A DNA stretch of 59,656 nt, filler included, from Squatina squatina (Eukaryota): assembly GCA_031763465.1 (NCBI GenBank). It is 4 parts of 4 records of this genome, joined end to end, with 100 filler letters (N's around TTAATTAATTAA, not from the genome) between each part and the next. Parts side by side here need not be neighbours in the genome. Positions count along the whole stretch, not along the records: positions 47,438 to 59,656 come from JARFOE010000001.1; 3 more parts are not named here. The stretch is one strand, 5' to 3'. Below, piece by piece: positions 48,691 through 59,656 of the stretch. The notes beneath the pieces are model-generated. The model was given only the letters and a program-made list of their open reading frames with translations. It had not been told where the DNA came from and did no database searches. Within the stretch, counting starts at the first letter, position 1. Each line of letters starts with the position of its first letter. Both the position numbers and the translations under genes were made by a program.

Positions 48691-49540
48691 CTGGTGCATG
48701 TGCCTAAGATAGACACAGTTTTTCAGCTTTGCATCACCCTGCCAACCAACTTCACTTCTCAGCTTCCTCAATTGGCATGTGTTTTGCTATTAAACTAAGT
48801 ATAAAATCAAAATATTGTAGAAAAAGAACAGAACGTATCAGTTTAAATATCATCTCAAATTTGTTAATCCTGGCCCCAGAGGTAAAATGCAGCCACTTCA
48901 GACAATTTTGCTGTTTATTATTACAATCGCCAATACATAACTAATTTTCCGACACTAGCCTTTCACCACTTCAGAACGACATTTTGATGTAGAACATAAA
49001 GCAGTTTAATGATAAATAAAAAATTTCTAACAGCAGCCATATCATTAGCAACTATTATACTGTAATTATGTTGCACCGTACTTGAATTTGATGAGGTCAC
49101 AGTAAGTGGCCTTGGCTCTCTGCAGTCAAGCAACAAAATCAATCTTAATATGTACCAGCCAGACTGCCATCACAGATCATCCTGTAGGGTGTCAGGAACT
49201 GTTGTAATTATTATTCCCATTGCACTGCAAGATGAAATAGCTGTAATAAAACTAGCTTTGTCAGATTGTTTTATTGGAAGCATTGNNNNNNNNNNNNNNN
49301 NNNNNNNNNNNNNNNNNNNNNNNNNNNNNNNNNNNNNNNNNNNNNNNNNNNNNNNNNNNNNNNNNNNNNNNNNNNNNNNNNNNNNCAAGAGATGTGGGAG
49401 AAAGCAGGAACAGTGTACTGAACTTGGATAATCAGCCATGATCATATTGAATGGCGGAGCAGGCTCGAAGGGCTCAATGGCCGACGACTCCTATTTTCTA
49501 TGTTTCTGTTGCACAGCATATTACTCCTGCCTATTTAAAA

Positions 49541-49576
49541 ATAATAATAAATAAATAAATAAATAAATAAAATAAA
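49541..49576. repeat. (TAAA)n/(TAA)n microsatellite
   Basis: ataataataaataaataaataaataaataaaataaa, seen directly. Confidence 0.85.
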
Positions 49577-49915
49577 AGTGGAAAAATAGGAAGTTCTTTA
49601 AAATTCTTGTATTTTGCTGAACATAAGTGTTTCAGAGTTGGGAATTTCCTTTTCTATTTTGTGAACTAAATTTTGAGTTATTTTACACACAAGAAATGTG
49701 TGCACTGTGCCCATGGGAACGAAACTGCAGCAAAACTGTGGCACAGCAAATATACCAGCAAGCAGATTAACATATGCTCAGCTCAACTTTTGTGTCATCA
49801 TGTTAAAAATGGGCAGTTCAGTCTTGAATGGGACATGAAAGTAGCCAATGAGTTGCTCATATTAGAAGCAGAGCATTAAATAAAAACAGTATTGTATTCA
49901 GACATCGTAACTCAC

Positions 49916-50015
49916 CTATTTTCATCTGCAGTGGGGATGGCTTGTAATTCATTGTCACAGTCTCGCCCTCCCGGGTGTCACACTCACCTTCAGAGATGGA
50001 AGCGGCTGTGGGATC
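49916..50015 (-). CDS. FAM219A: FAM219A internal exon (100 bp)
   Basis: aaacag| ... |gtgag. Encodes DPTAASISEGECDTREGETVTMNYKPSPLQMKI, versus recalled human DPAAASISDGDCDAREGESVAMNYKPSPLQVKL. Divergent from DNAI1 as in human. Confidence 0.92.
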
Positions 50016-50214
50016 CTGTTTGGAATTACAAGGTTTGGAATTACATCACACCTTCTTAAAGTATGTTAAGCAGTATTTTGAAAAATTGTATCAAGAACAA
50101 ATTATATGATAACCCTACGTATTCAACTTGCATGCAGCAAACTAATTTTGAAGCTTAGAATTTGCATAATGCTCGCATAATCACTTCACCAGGTTGATTT
50201 GTTAAAGCACATCG

Positions 50215-50590
50215 GAACAGGAGTGGGCCATTCAGCCTCTGAAGCCTGCTCTACCAGTCAATTAGATCATGGCTGATCTGCACCTCAACTCCATTTACCC
50301 ACCTTTGCTCCATATCCCTCAATACCTTTACCCAATGAAAATCAATCAATTTCAGTCTTGAAAGCTTTAATTGATCCAGCATCCACAGCCTTTTGGGAGG
50401 GAGAGCTCCAAACCTTTCACTGCCCTTTGTGTGAAAAGTTCTTAATCCCGCTCCTGAACAGCCTGAATCTAATTTTAAGATTATGTCGCCTTGTTCTTGG
50501 TTCCCCACCAGAGGAAATCGTTTCTCTATGTCTGCCCTATCAAATCCTTTTAATATTTTAAACACCTTCATCAGATCACCCCTCAATTCC
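50215..50590 (-). mobile_element. CR1/HER1 LINE 3' end
   Basis: Minus strand LRGDLMKVFKILKGFDRADIEKRFPLVG plus the conserved tail. Confidence 0.85.
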
Positions 50591-50964
50591 CTTGCGCAAA
50601 ATTGGCTGACATATCTGCCTACAAAACAACAGTGATTACACTTCAGAAGTAACTCATTGGCTGTGAGCACTTTGGGACATCGTAAGGATGTGATGGGTTG
50701 AATCTCAGCCATGATCCTGATGTTAGCTGTTCAACCCCCAACATCATCCAGTAAAATGGAAAAGGAAAGAGAGAGTGGTGACATACCCTTGGCACAGAAA
50801 CGCTGAACATTAGTTATCATATTGCTCGATCAGATTCTATTACGTGACTTACTAGCTGTCAGAATTGTAACAAAAAGCGCCCTGCTCCAGTGGGGAATTC
50901 ATAGTATACTGAGGCCGCATTATCGAAACCAGCCTGAAAATGATGAATTCATCGACAATTCTCG

Positions 50965-51225
50965 TCGTTGTTTTAAAATCCCTCCATGGCCTCGCCTTCC
51001 CTATCTCCACAACATCCTCCAGCCCTACAACCCTCCGGGATATCTACGCTCCTCCCATCCTGGCCTCTTGAGCATCCCCGATTTTATTCACTCCAGCAAT
51101 GGTGGCCGTGCCTTCAGCAACAAAGGCCCTAAGCTCTGGAATTCCCTCCCTAAATCTCTCCACCTCTCTGTCCTCCTTGAAGATGCTCCTCAAACCCTCT
51201 CTTTGACCAAGCTTTTAGTCATCTG
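50965..51225 (+). mobile_element. L2 LINE ORF2 C-terminal fragment
   Basis: FKSLHGL, PYLHNILQPYNPPGYLRSS and GGRAFSNKGPKLWNSLP are characteristic of the L2 3' end. Confidence 0.8.
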
Positions 51226-52056
51226 NNNNNNNNNNNNNNNNNNNNNNNNNNNNNNNNNNNNNNNNNNNNNNNNNNNNNNNNNNNNNNNNNNNNNNNNNNN
51301 NNNNNNNNNNNNNNNNNNNNNNNNNCAGAGTCTTTAATGGATGAATTCATTTCCCATCTGGTACACCACAATAAATATTGACTGCAGTTGACGGCTGTAG
51401 CAGTGAACTATGAACTCATAATTATGAAAGTGATGAAGAACCTTTTGTGCTTGATAGAAGGGAATGTGTTATTGCACACTTGAGCTCACCCCATTACAGA
51501 AGGGGCAATAGTTACTCTTAATAATTAGTTTCATTAATGATGTACCATTAGAGTACATTTACATTAAAAACAGAAACATTTTCATTCCATGTAATATTGC
51601 AGCATCAGTTACATCAGCGGACACCAGTGCCAGCTCCTTTCCCTCCTAATGTCACCCTCTAAGAACTGTTGGCAGCTGGCATAAGAACGTAACAAAGCAG
51701 AAACTAGCGAATGCTATTCATTGTACTTCGATCACTCATTTTTTTGGTTCATTTTCAGGATCCAACAATATCATTTTTATTTCCCTCTGGTCTTGTTTGC
51801 GAACACTTATCTATCTCCACTCTGGTGAAGATTCTGTGCATTGCTGTTTTGAATGCATTGATCAAGTTAATATTTGCTGCAGTTTATTCCATAACTGAAC
51901 ACAAAAATGATAAGAATTTGTAAATATGTTGTCTGTACAAGGCTCCAAAAAACTTCAAAGCTGAGGCTAATTACTGCTCAAGTTTTACTCTTATTCTGTG
52001 TCTTTGTGTGTATTATCCTAACATGGTAAATAATTTGTTATTGTTTTATTCTTTAG

Positions 52057-52205
52057 TGCTCCAAAGCCTATTCAAGTGAGTTTCTTGATACGTATGATGC
52101 CCATCATATGGCAGTGGATGCCTTACGCTGGAATACCTTCCATCCAGAGATCTTCATTTCCTGTAGTTCTGATTGGACAGTGAAGATTTGGGATCACAAT
52201 TTAAA
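52057..52205 (+). CDS. DNAI1: DNAI1 exon (WD40 repeat)
   Basis: ttctttag| ... |gtacgt, 149 bp. Encodes [49 protein letters not shown]. Confidence 0.93.
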
Positions 52206-52314
52206 GTACGTGAAAGTTGAAAAGGAGAGTGTCTCATTGTAGCGTTGGGCAAATGCACCAATTAATACGTAGACCTCTCCAGTCTCACTCTTTAGGAGGG
52301 ATCCTCAATCAGTT

Positions 52315-52466
52315 TGTCCTAGGGAAAATGCTAGAGTCTATTGTAAAGGATGTGATAACAGGGCACTTAAAAACTATCAACGGGATTAAACAAAGTCAAC
52401 ATGGATTTATGAAAGGGAAATCATGTTTGACAAACCTACTGGAGTTTTTTGAGGATGTAACTAGTA
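52315..52466 (+). mobile_element. CR1 RT fragment
   Basis: GKMLESIVKDVITGHLKTINGIKQSQHGFMKGKSCLTNLLEFFEDVTS; ends at a gap. Confidence 0.85.
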
Positions 52467-53060
52467 NNNNNNNNNNNNNNNNNNNNNNNNNNNNNNNNNN
52501 NNNNNNNNNNNNNNNNNNNNNNNNNNNNNNNNNNNNNNNNNNNNNNNNNNNNNNNNNNNNNNNNNNCCTGATGAAGAATTAGTGCTGGTAAATTGCCTGG
52601 CTCGAGCCATTTTTATGGTGTGGGCACCTTCCTGGCTTAGGCCTACCCTTTGATAGAGCCTAGCACTAAGAGCAAGGCATGGAAATTGGAACACAGCTGC
52701 AGGTGCTACCTAGCTGCCAGTTTCAGGTCCTTATTCATTCTTCTTTCCCTTCTCTATTTATCCTATCTTTATTCAGTTAACTTTGAACTATTTTGCTGAA
52801 TGTAGCATATCAGATCTTCGCTAATTTGTCTCTCCTTAACTTTGTCATTCGCCCTATGTCCTCAACAGCACCCAAACAAGTAAATAGATCTATGGCATTG
52901 GACAGTTTAATTCTTTCATGTTCTCTTTCAATCTTTACAGTTCATACACCATTCTTTATCCAAAATGCAAACCTCAGTCGACTACTTTCATTGAGCATTA
53001 ATTTTAGGTGTTCGGCTTTATATCCTGCATTAATTTTACAACTTCTTTTCTACTTACCAG

Positions 53061-53246
53061 ATTCATGTGTATGACTTGAATGTTAACAAATATGAACCAA
53101 TCTGTGAGCAAGCTATTGTGAACAAGAAGAGAAATAAACTCACGCATATTGAGTTCAATCCGACCTACCCTATTATAATGGTAGGAGATGAGCGCGGTGG
53201 TGTGACAATCTTGAAGCTGTCTCCAAACCTCCGAAAACAACCTAAG
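53061..53246 (+). CDS. DNAI1: DNAI1 penultimate exon
   Basis: ttaccag| ... |gtaaga, 186 bp. Encodes [62 protein letters not shown]. Confidence 0.93.
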
Positions 53247-55142
53247 GTAAGATAGTTTCTTAAATGTCCGATTAAATGTGCAACAAAGTACTATTGCTAT
53301 TCTAAAGTACCTGTGTCAATCAGCTACGTTAGCTCTAAAAACTNNNNNNNNNNNNNNNNNNNNNNNNNNNNNNNNNNNNNNNNNNNNNNNNNNNNNNNNN
53401 NNNNNNNNNNNNNNNNNNNNNNNNNNNNNNNNNNNNNNNNNNNACAATACACTTCAATGAATTGTTGCCTATTCTACAGGGGAAGAAAACATCCTTTCAC
53501 TGTTATTACCCGACCAGTGGTTAGCTCCTTGCTGCTTCACTGTTCATGGGTGCGAGGTGCAAGTGGGACCATGACCATGTGCATCAGCAGCCTACTCAAT
53601 TGTGGATGATATTAGTCAATTCTGATCTTAACCCCACACCAGTGTGACGCTTGCAGGGGTCATTTAATCGCAATCAGGGGTGGCATCGCTGGCTAATTCC
53701 CCTTGTCTAGGGACACTGAGGCCAATTATAGCACCCTTCTTCCCATCCTGCCTGAGATCAGATGACTTTTGATACAGACTGGGAATCAAACCTGTAGTCT
53801 TCTGGATGAGATAGGGAAGGAGTTTACCAGTGCAGTTAAAAGCAGCATGACCACAAGTATGCCATGTATACTGGCAACATCTGTTGTATGACCTCTGATA
53901 ATCCAACCAGCTATGCTTTGGAACTACTTTCACATCCCTTCGCCCACCCCTTCCCAATTTTAAATCTTCACAGCTGTGTTATGCTATAATACAAAGTGAA
54001 TGTGCAGTTCGTCACGCAATATAGTCACATGTAAATGGTGTAGAATTGTATTCTTGTATCAAGTTTGGATTTATGAAGTCCCTCTGCAGAGCTGGTCCAA
54101 GCTGGATGGCAGACTTGTGTCAGGCTGTGGGATATAAGTGGTTTGTGTTCATTTTGTGCCACTCTCTCTGCGTGGGAAGGAAAATTCTGCATGTGCGTCA
54201 AGCTGGTAGTTTAAAGATGTAATGAGCTATAGTGACTGGAATTTTCTTCTGATCAATAGGTAGGTTTCTTTAACAGCTGTTAGCCTTTCTCTTCACTGCA
54301 CCATTCATTGCAAAGCGATGCAGGTTCTTGAGGCAGAGATTGAGATCTGGTACAAGGGAATAGTGTGCTTGCCCTTTTGACCTTCGACCCCACCCCCAGG
54401 GTTCTGGCTCTGCAGACGTCCAACTGTGTTGAGTCCACAGATCACGTGAAGACTTGAATTTGAGAATGGTTTGGGAAAGATTTTTGTGTTTTTGAAAGCG
54501 GGTACATTTTTTTTTTCATTTTAAGCTAAATCTTTTAGCTCCAGGGAAATAAATAAAATTATGGGATAGGTTTAATATGTGATTGAGTTCATTGTCGGTT
54601 GTAGGACAGCTGCGATTATCAGTCAGTCCTCCAAGTCTAGGGAGAGGAGGGGGAAAAGCTGACTCAGAAAAGTGGCACAACTCAAGCCCAGTTCCTGGTA
54701 GGTCAATGGAAAAGCTTTGTGATGGCATCCAGTGTCAGCAAAAAGATCAAGTTTAAGATGGGTTAATTACAGGGTAAAACTTGTCCTATACTGTACCAGC
54801 AATGGGGCAAGGTTTCCGCTATACACTACACCTAGCAAAATTGTAAACACGCTTAATAAGGACAGGTTTATGATTTCACTACACCTACCAGACAGAAGAA
54901 ATCCTCCCCCAATATACCTTAGCCTCTAATCTCAGATCACCGCCTCCTAATTACACTTCCATTTCCATTTACCACTGTAAGTTAAGTGGCGAATTATGCA
55001 ATTTTGTGCTGTGAACTTCTACTGGATTTCAACCTGGATCTCAGAAGTGAAATGGCAATGTGCGGACCTACATACCACCATTTTTCTTCTATTAAAGATA
55101 GTCTCAACTACTGTAAAATAATGGGCAAAACTTTAAACGTTG

Positions 55143-55272
55143 GCAGGGGTGTAAAACAGTCGAGATTGGATTTGTTGCCCATTTTACATCCTGCTTAATT
55201 TTCCTTACCATTGAAGTCGGGCAGGCTGTATAACGGGCAGCAAATCTGATCTCGCCAATTTTACTCCCCTGC
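55143..55272. mobile_element. Palindromic MITE-like element
   Basis: gcagggg/cccctgc termini and arms cgagattggatttgttgcccattttaca / tgtataacgggcagcaaatctgatctcg around ccattgaagtc. Confidence 0.6.
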
Positions 55273-55421
55273 ATAAGTTGAAAGTTCCTGCAAATGTGTG
55301 ATAGTTCACCATGCCATTTATTATACAATCCTACTGAGTATTTAAAACTGTTTCTCTAACAATGTAACCAATCATTATTGTGTATTGTGCTCCAAATTAT
55401 TATTATCCCATTCAATTTTAG

Positions 55422-55523
55422 GCAAAGAAAGGACAAGAGATACAAAAAGGACCTAAAGTGGAAATCGCTAAACTGGACAAGCTGCTGAGTCTGGTTAGAG
55501 ACCCCGATGTCAAGCCGAACTGA
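55422..55523 (+). CDS. DNAI1: DNAI1 last coding exon
   Basis: ttttag| acceptor. Encodes [33 protein letters not shown], in frame with the 53246 donor. Confidence 0.93.
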   Translation, partial: AKKGQEIQKGPKVEIAKLDKLLSLVRDPDVKPN

Positions 55524-55825
55524 TTGTTGTGAGGATATTTAATTAACATGTCCAAATGTATCAGCATTCATGCATAGGTCATACACGAGCACACCTGCGT
55601 CTGCCAGTAGTGCTCAGAAATGAGGCACTGTGTAACTTTTATCACAACCTATTTAAAAACGCAACGCAGCATCTCACAGCACACAATCGTTTCACTTACA
55701 TATATTCAGAAAAACCTGTTAAACCAAATTTATTTTTCTTCTGTTTAATGACAATTCTTCTAATAATCTATAAAAACATAAAGATTTGTAACATGGTAGG
55801 TTTCTTTATTTTGGTGCATCTTACA

Positions 55826-55831
55826 AATAAA
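55826..55831 (+). terminator. DNAI1 polyadenylation signal
   Basis: AATAAA about 300 nt after the stop, followed by T/GT-rich sequence. Confidence 0.6.
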
Positions 55832-55957
55832 GTATTGTATCTTTGAATGGCTGTGGAAAAAAGTATACTTTGTTCATTTTTTCCATTTCTACGGTGATTC
55901 TGCTATTGAATTAATTAAAACATCAATATATTAATTCCAGTTCATTACGGAAACTAA

Positions 55958-56600
55958 GGGTGCCCAATTGGACTGCGCCCAAACAGGCCACAGCATTGGG
56001 GTCATTTAGCTCGGAGTGCGCCCCGATAGCAGCGGGGCACTGCGGCATGGCCTTAACCTCTTTGAGGCCATTTCGGACCAGTGCAGCATGGCAGCGTAAA
56101 ATCAGTGTTGCTACGGCGCTGACCCGGTGGTGACCCAGCCAATGCTGCGTCACTTCTTGGTTACGCCAGCAGCATGACGTGAGCCACGCTGGTGGCACCA
56201 CTGCACATGTGCGAGCCACGGCCCCGCCCCCTCCCTAATGGCATGAGCCACAGACTTGCGTGACCAAATTGGATCCAGAGCTCACGAAGCCTCGAGGTAA
56301 GTTTCGACTTTTTTTTGAAGATGGTGGCGGGGGTGGCGGTCCGCGGGGTTGATCTGCCGCCAGACGTCGGCCACTGATAAAATATGGCGGTCGATGGCAC
56401 AGGCCACGCGCCTTTAAGAGCCCCTGGTAATGACAGGGGAAACCTGTCGGTGCCAGCACCACTGGCACGGGGTGGGGGGGGGGGGATGGGGGGAGAGATC
56501 ATGGGCGGTCAGAGAGGGGTCGGTGCACGATATTCTGATGTCGGCGCCGGCCACTGCGCTACCGGCGGCGGGCCATCTACCACTTTAAAGTATTAGGCCT
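55958..56600. repeat. GC/CpG-rich interspersed element, probably a non-autonomous DNA transposon
   Basis: Abrupt switch from AT-rich to CpG-rich DNA starting agggtgcccaattgg. No credible ORF; interrupted by a CR1 tail at 56612. Classification is inference. Confidence 0.35.
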
Positions 56601-56611
56601 GTACGCTGATT

Positions 56612-56757
56612 TCATAGAAACATAGAAAATAGGAGCAGTAGGCCATTCGGCCCTTCGAGATTGCACCGTCATTCAATATGATCATGGCTGATCATTCAAA
56701 TTCAGTACCCTGTTCCTGCTTTCACCCATATCCCTTGATCTCTTTAGCTATAAGAAT
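56612..56757 (-). mobile_element. CR1/HER1 3' tail
   Basis: catagaaacatagaaaataggagcagtaggccattcggcccttcgag...atcatggctgatc is the reverse complement of the 7865-type tail. Confidence 0.8.
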
Positions 56758-57257
56758 NNNNNNNNNNNNNNNNNNNNNNNNNNNNNNNNNNNNNNNNNNN
56801 NNNNNNNNNNNNNNNNNNNNNNNNNNNNNNNNNNNNNNNNNNNNNNNNNNNNNNNNNTGAATGAAAAAGCTGCTTTTTATTTCCTGGTTTGCTGCACGCA
56901 AGAATTCTTCAATGCAATTGGCTGCTTAGACAGCTTGATGACATCACTACCGCTATACGCTATAGATCCCCTACAGACAGCATTATAATCAAATTAACGT
57001 TGAGAAAGCTAAAGTTTTTGCCACAGGGATTGGGAGACCTCTGTGGGTAGCTTTCTTTGAGGTCAGTGGCGATCGCCATTGCTTCGCCGCTGACCACAAA
57101 TTCTGCACCATTGTCTTCAGAAAAGGAAGGAATAAAATTGTAGTGGGCAGCAAAACATAAGAAGCTACTTGGTGAGATTTTCTTAATTTGAAAAAAATTA
57201 CAGCATAAGCATTAAACAATAACATTCCTCTAATGTTTATTTATTGTATTTTCACCC

Positions 57258-57812
57258 TCAGCTTCTGGATTTCTTGGGTCTTTCTCCTCTTCCAGATCCA
57301 GAATGTTTTCCCCCTTTTCCCATCCCTTCTCCTCCTTGTCTTTTTTTCCTTTGAGCCAGTGCCTCCTCTTTTAAAGAATGTATCCACAAAGCGTCAAAGG
57401 ATCCAGGAGCCTGGTAACCTGGCTCATTTGTATGCAGAACGTCTTTGGACAACAGAACACAAATGGCAGGAAGGTTTCTTTTTACAGTTAAACTATCTAA
57501 CCCTGCCTCAGCAACAATGGGCTCCCAGAGTTCCTCAACCTGCCTATAAAACAGTTTGGTAATTTGATGGAGGCCTTTTAATCTTCTCTTCATGATTTCC
57601 ACACAGGTGATTGCTTTGCTGACTGCTTTCCCAGTGCCAGTGAAAAGGATCTCTCTGGTACTGGCTGATTCCATCTTTCCAATGGCGTATCCCATGAGAT
57701 TCCTTATTTTGCTGCCTTCCTTTACCTTCATTTCAATAATATCTTTTGGAAGATTGTTGATTGGCTGCGGACAAGCCAGTTCTGTGATTTTCGTTTTCTG
57801 GTAATTTTCCAT
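57258..57812 (-). CDS. RPP25L: RPP25-like protein (Alba domain), complete single coding exon, 184 aa
   Basis: EMKVKEGSKIRNLMGYA, FTGTGKAVSKAITCVEIMKRRLKGLHQITKL and LLSKDVL...EPGYQAPG motifs. Acceptor at 57826 just 5' of the ATG; neighbours DNAI1 and DCTN3 as in human 9p13. Confidence 0.93.
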   Translation of the reverse strand: MENYQKTKITELACPQPINNLPKDIIEMKVKEGSKIRNLMGYAIGKMESASTREILFTGTGKAVSKAITCVEIMKRRLKGLHQITKLFYRQVEELWEPIVAEAGLDSLTVKRNLPAICVLLSKDVLHTNEPGYQAPGSFDALWIHSLKEEALAQRKKRQGGEGMGKGGKHSGSGRGERPKKSRS

Positions 57813-58057
57813 TTTAAGAAACTTCCTGTAATTCCAAACAGATGAAAATTAGAACCTGTACTCTAAGTATGTTTGTGTCTCTATAAAAAGCCATAAAGAG
57901 TAATTTTGCAAGGTTTTGGTGTCAGCTTGAAGCCTCACTAGCAGCAAGCAAAGCTTGGAGGTACGGCTATCTCATTATAGCGACAATTCTCTAGCCCACA
58001 GGAGCCTCGAGCGAGCCTATGTGCTGCATCCAAGCCACTCCTAATTACCACCATTAT

Positions 58058-58295
58058 GGGGAGATTTTCCTGGGTCTACGCCCAAGAGCACTGGATTGCT
58101 TGGGCACTGGGAATATTGGAAAAGTGGGCTGGTTGAAGCACACACCTGTAAAGACATCTGCCTGATTTTTCCTTCATTCATTTAAACAGAAGGAACGGTG
58201 GACAGTTCCATTACAGGCTTGTGGCCTGACCTTTCCATATTCCGATATTTGATGCACGTAGGCAATCCCTGGTGCAGACCCAGGAAATTCTCCCC
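58058..58295. mobile_element. MITE-like element with about 20-bp terminal inverted repeats
   Basis: ggggagattttcctgggtct ... agacccaggaaattctcccc (1 mismatch), with additional internal pairing. Confidence 0.7.
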
Positions 58296-58410
58296 AACAT
58301 TGTTTTGTCATTAAACACAATAAAAACTTAGCTTTGAAACATAAAAACAACTTCTTACAATATCCTTCCTTCTGGTTACAGTCTGATCTTGAGTTCTTCA
58401 GAAATTCTAC

Positions 58411-58596
58411 GGGGCTAATTTTAACCTAACTCTCTGGGCGGGAAACCTACGGGTTCAGGTGTAAAATCGGTTTTACATACCGCCCAGTATTACTCCATCA
58501 GCTTCAATGGAGAGTAAAATTGGGTGAGGTGCAAAACCAGCATTACAACTGATCACGTCAGTTTCCTGATGGACGGGTTAGGCTAAAATTAGCCCC
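58411..58596. mobile_element. MITE-like element, whole-length imperfect palindrome
   Basis: ggggctaattttaacctaac ... gttaggctaaaattagcccc (1 mismatch in 20), centre ctccatcagcttcaatggag. Confidence 0.75.
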
Positions 58597-59038
58597 ATAA
58601 ATCAGTGGCAGTTCACTCTATAGAGGCAGCAAATCCTCTCTTGATTTGGTTTGTCTTACTCTCACTAAAACTTCTATTGTTTCATGAAAAAAAAGTTGTC
58701 AAAAAAAGTTTTAAAAAGGGATAAAAAGATCATGAACTGGCAAGGGAAAAATTGTGCAAGCAAGATTTTCTAGCATTGGTTTAAAAAAAAAAATTCCAGG
58801 GAAGTTACAGATCCTTGGCAGCCATGAAATTTGCACATCTGAGCGTACTGTCCATTTCTTCACACCTACAGGTAGCTCACGCCCTCTGGCNNNNNNNNNN
58901 NNNNNNNNNNNNNNNNNNNNNNNNNNNNNNNNNNNNNNNNNNNNNNNNNNNNNNNNNNNNNNNNNNNNNNNNNNNNNNNNNNNNNNNNNNCATGCCATAG
59001 ATTAAAAATGCAATTTGTTACTGAGTGTGTTTCTGCAG

Positions 59039-59097
59039 CTGTTCCGAACTATTCCTCAAAGGTGCAAGCACTGACCCAAGTTCAAATTCAGGAACAG
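59039..59097 (+). CDS. DCTN3: DCTN3 exon (59 bp)
   Basis: tttctgcag| ... |gtactg. Encodes (A)VPNYSSKVQALTQVQIQEQ, versus recalled human [20 protein letters not shown]; in frame with the next exon. Confidence 0.8.
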
Positions 59098-59385
59098 GTA
59101 CTGTATGTATGCTAATATTTAAAATTTTTCTGATTGCTTTTGTTGCAGAGAATGAGTTTTAGTTAGTGATCAAGTCTAACTAAAATTGAGGTTCTATGAA
59201 TGCTCTGTTCTGATATGTACTGTTTTGGTTTTGTTTCAATTATTATTTGAAATTTTTTGAAGGAATAATATAAATGCAACCAAATTGTAGGCAAAATGAT
59301 CTGCCAGTCCTTTAATCATTTGTATTGAACACTTTTTTTTTAATCCTCTGTCCTACATTTGTTTATTTCCCATGTTTTTATGTAG

Positions 59386-59445
59386 GATCAATGTAATGCA
59401 ATCACAGAAGAGGTGACCAAGATGCTAGATGAATATAATAAAATG
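59386..59445 (+). CDS. DCTN3: DCTN3 exon (60 bp)
   Basis: ttttatgtag| acceptor. Encodes DQCNAITEEVTKMLDEYNKM, versus recalled human [20 protein letters not shown]. Confidence 0.85.
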
Positions 59446-59454
59446 GTATCCTTT
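59446..59454 (+). promoter_or_regulatory. U12-type (minor spliceosome) 5' splice site
   Basis: The intron begins GTATCCTTT, an exact match to the U12 consensus RTATCCTTT. Confidence 0.85.
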
Positions 59455-59656
59455 GGTTTCTGACATTCATACTCTCTTATATGGTTCCTCGGATTGTTAC
59501 CTAAAATGGAATTCTTGTTAATTCAGCACAGTAATGTTAACTTGTCAGTATACAGTTTGAAGGAGACTTGCCCTTTACAGGCAACTCTTATGGCGGCTGA
59601 GGTTAAATTTGGGGAGAAAAGGTTTTCTTTTAGTCGTGAACCTGACTTGATACTTG

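Noticed and set aside
52833-52868. TCCTTAAC U12-like branch point followed by CAG in a DNAI1 intron (also at 14072)
   Set aside because: The downstream sequence does not encode the missing DNAI1 exon, and no U12 donor is visible upstream.
55958-56600. CpG-island promoter or ENHO gene (GC box, CRE-like motifs, short ORFs)
   Set aside because: The ORFs resemble no protein. Abrupt boundaries and an adjacent CR1 tail fit a repeat better, though this is not formally excluded.
46758-59454. Co-occurrence of RBM41 (minor spliceosome), a U12 intron in DCTN3 and the splicing factor CHERP as a splicing 'system'
   Set aside because: They are on different scaffolds joined artificially, so this is coincidence.

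Overview
This is eukaryotic, intron-containing vertebrate DNA, most likely from a cartilaginous fish (shark-type CR1/HER1, L2 and tRNA-SINE repeats; inference). The window is not one locus. Artificial TTAATTAATTAA linkers at 14285, 34056 and 47382 join four unrelated, heavily gapped scaffolds, and many contigs break inside repeats, so many exons are missing. Segment 1 (1-14240) holds the 3' exons of CHERP, an orphan TRIM coiled-coil exon, C19orf44 (-) and a calreticulin at the CALR3 syntenic position (+). Segment 2 (14341-34011) holds two tandem TRIM16-like genes (-), one first coding exon with an intact RING finger, and the last exon of METRNL (-). Segment 3 (34112-47337) holds a possible TOM1-family terminal exon, a COX11 exon (-) and an RBM41 exon (+). 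Segment 4 (47438-59656) holds FAM219A (-), DNAI1 3' exons (+), RPP25L (-) and DCTN3 exons (+) with a U12-type donor. The rest is LINE, SINE and palindromic MITE-like repeats. I cannot support a wholly new biological system. The best leads are the RING-bearing, tandemly duplicated TRIM16-like locus, the stray TRIM exon inside the CHERP-C19orf44 block, a dual-function donor/stop at the CHERP C-terminus, and a CALR-like gene in the CALR3 position. Gene identities come from recalled similarity to vertebrate proteins, not from searches.
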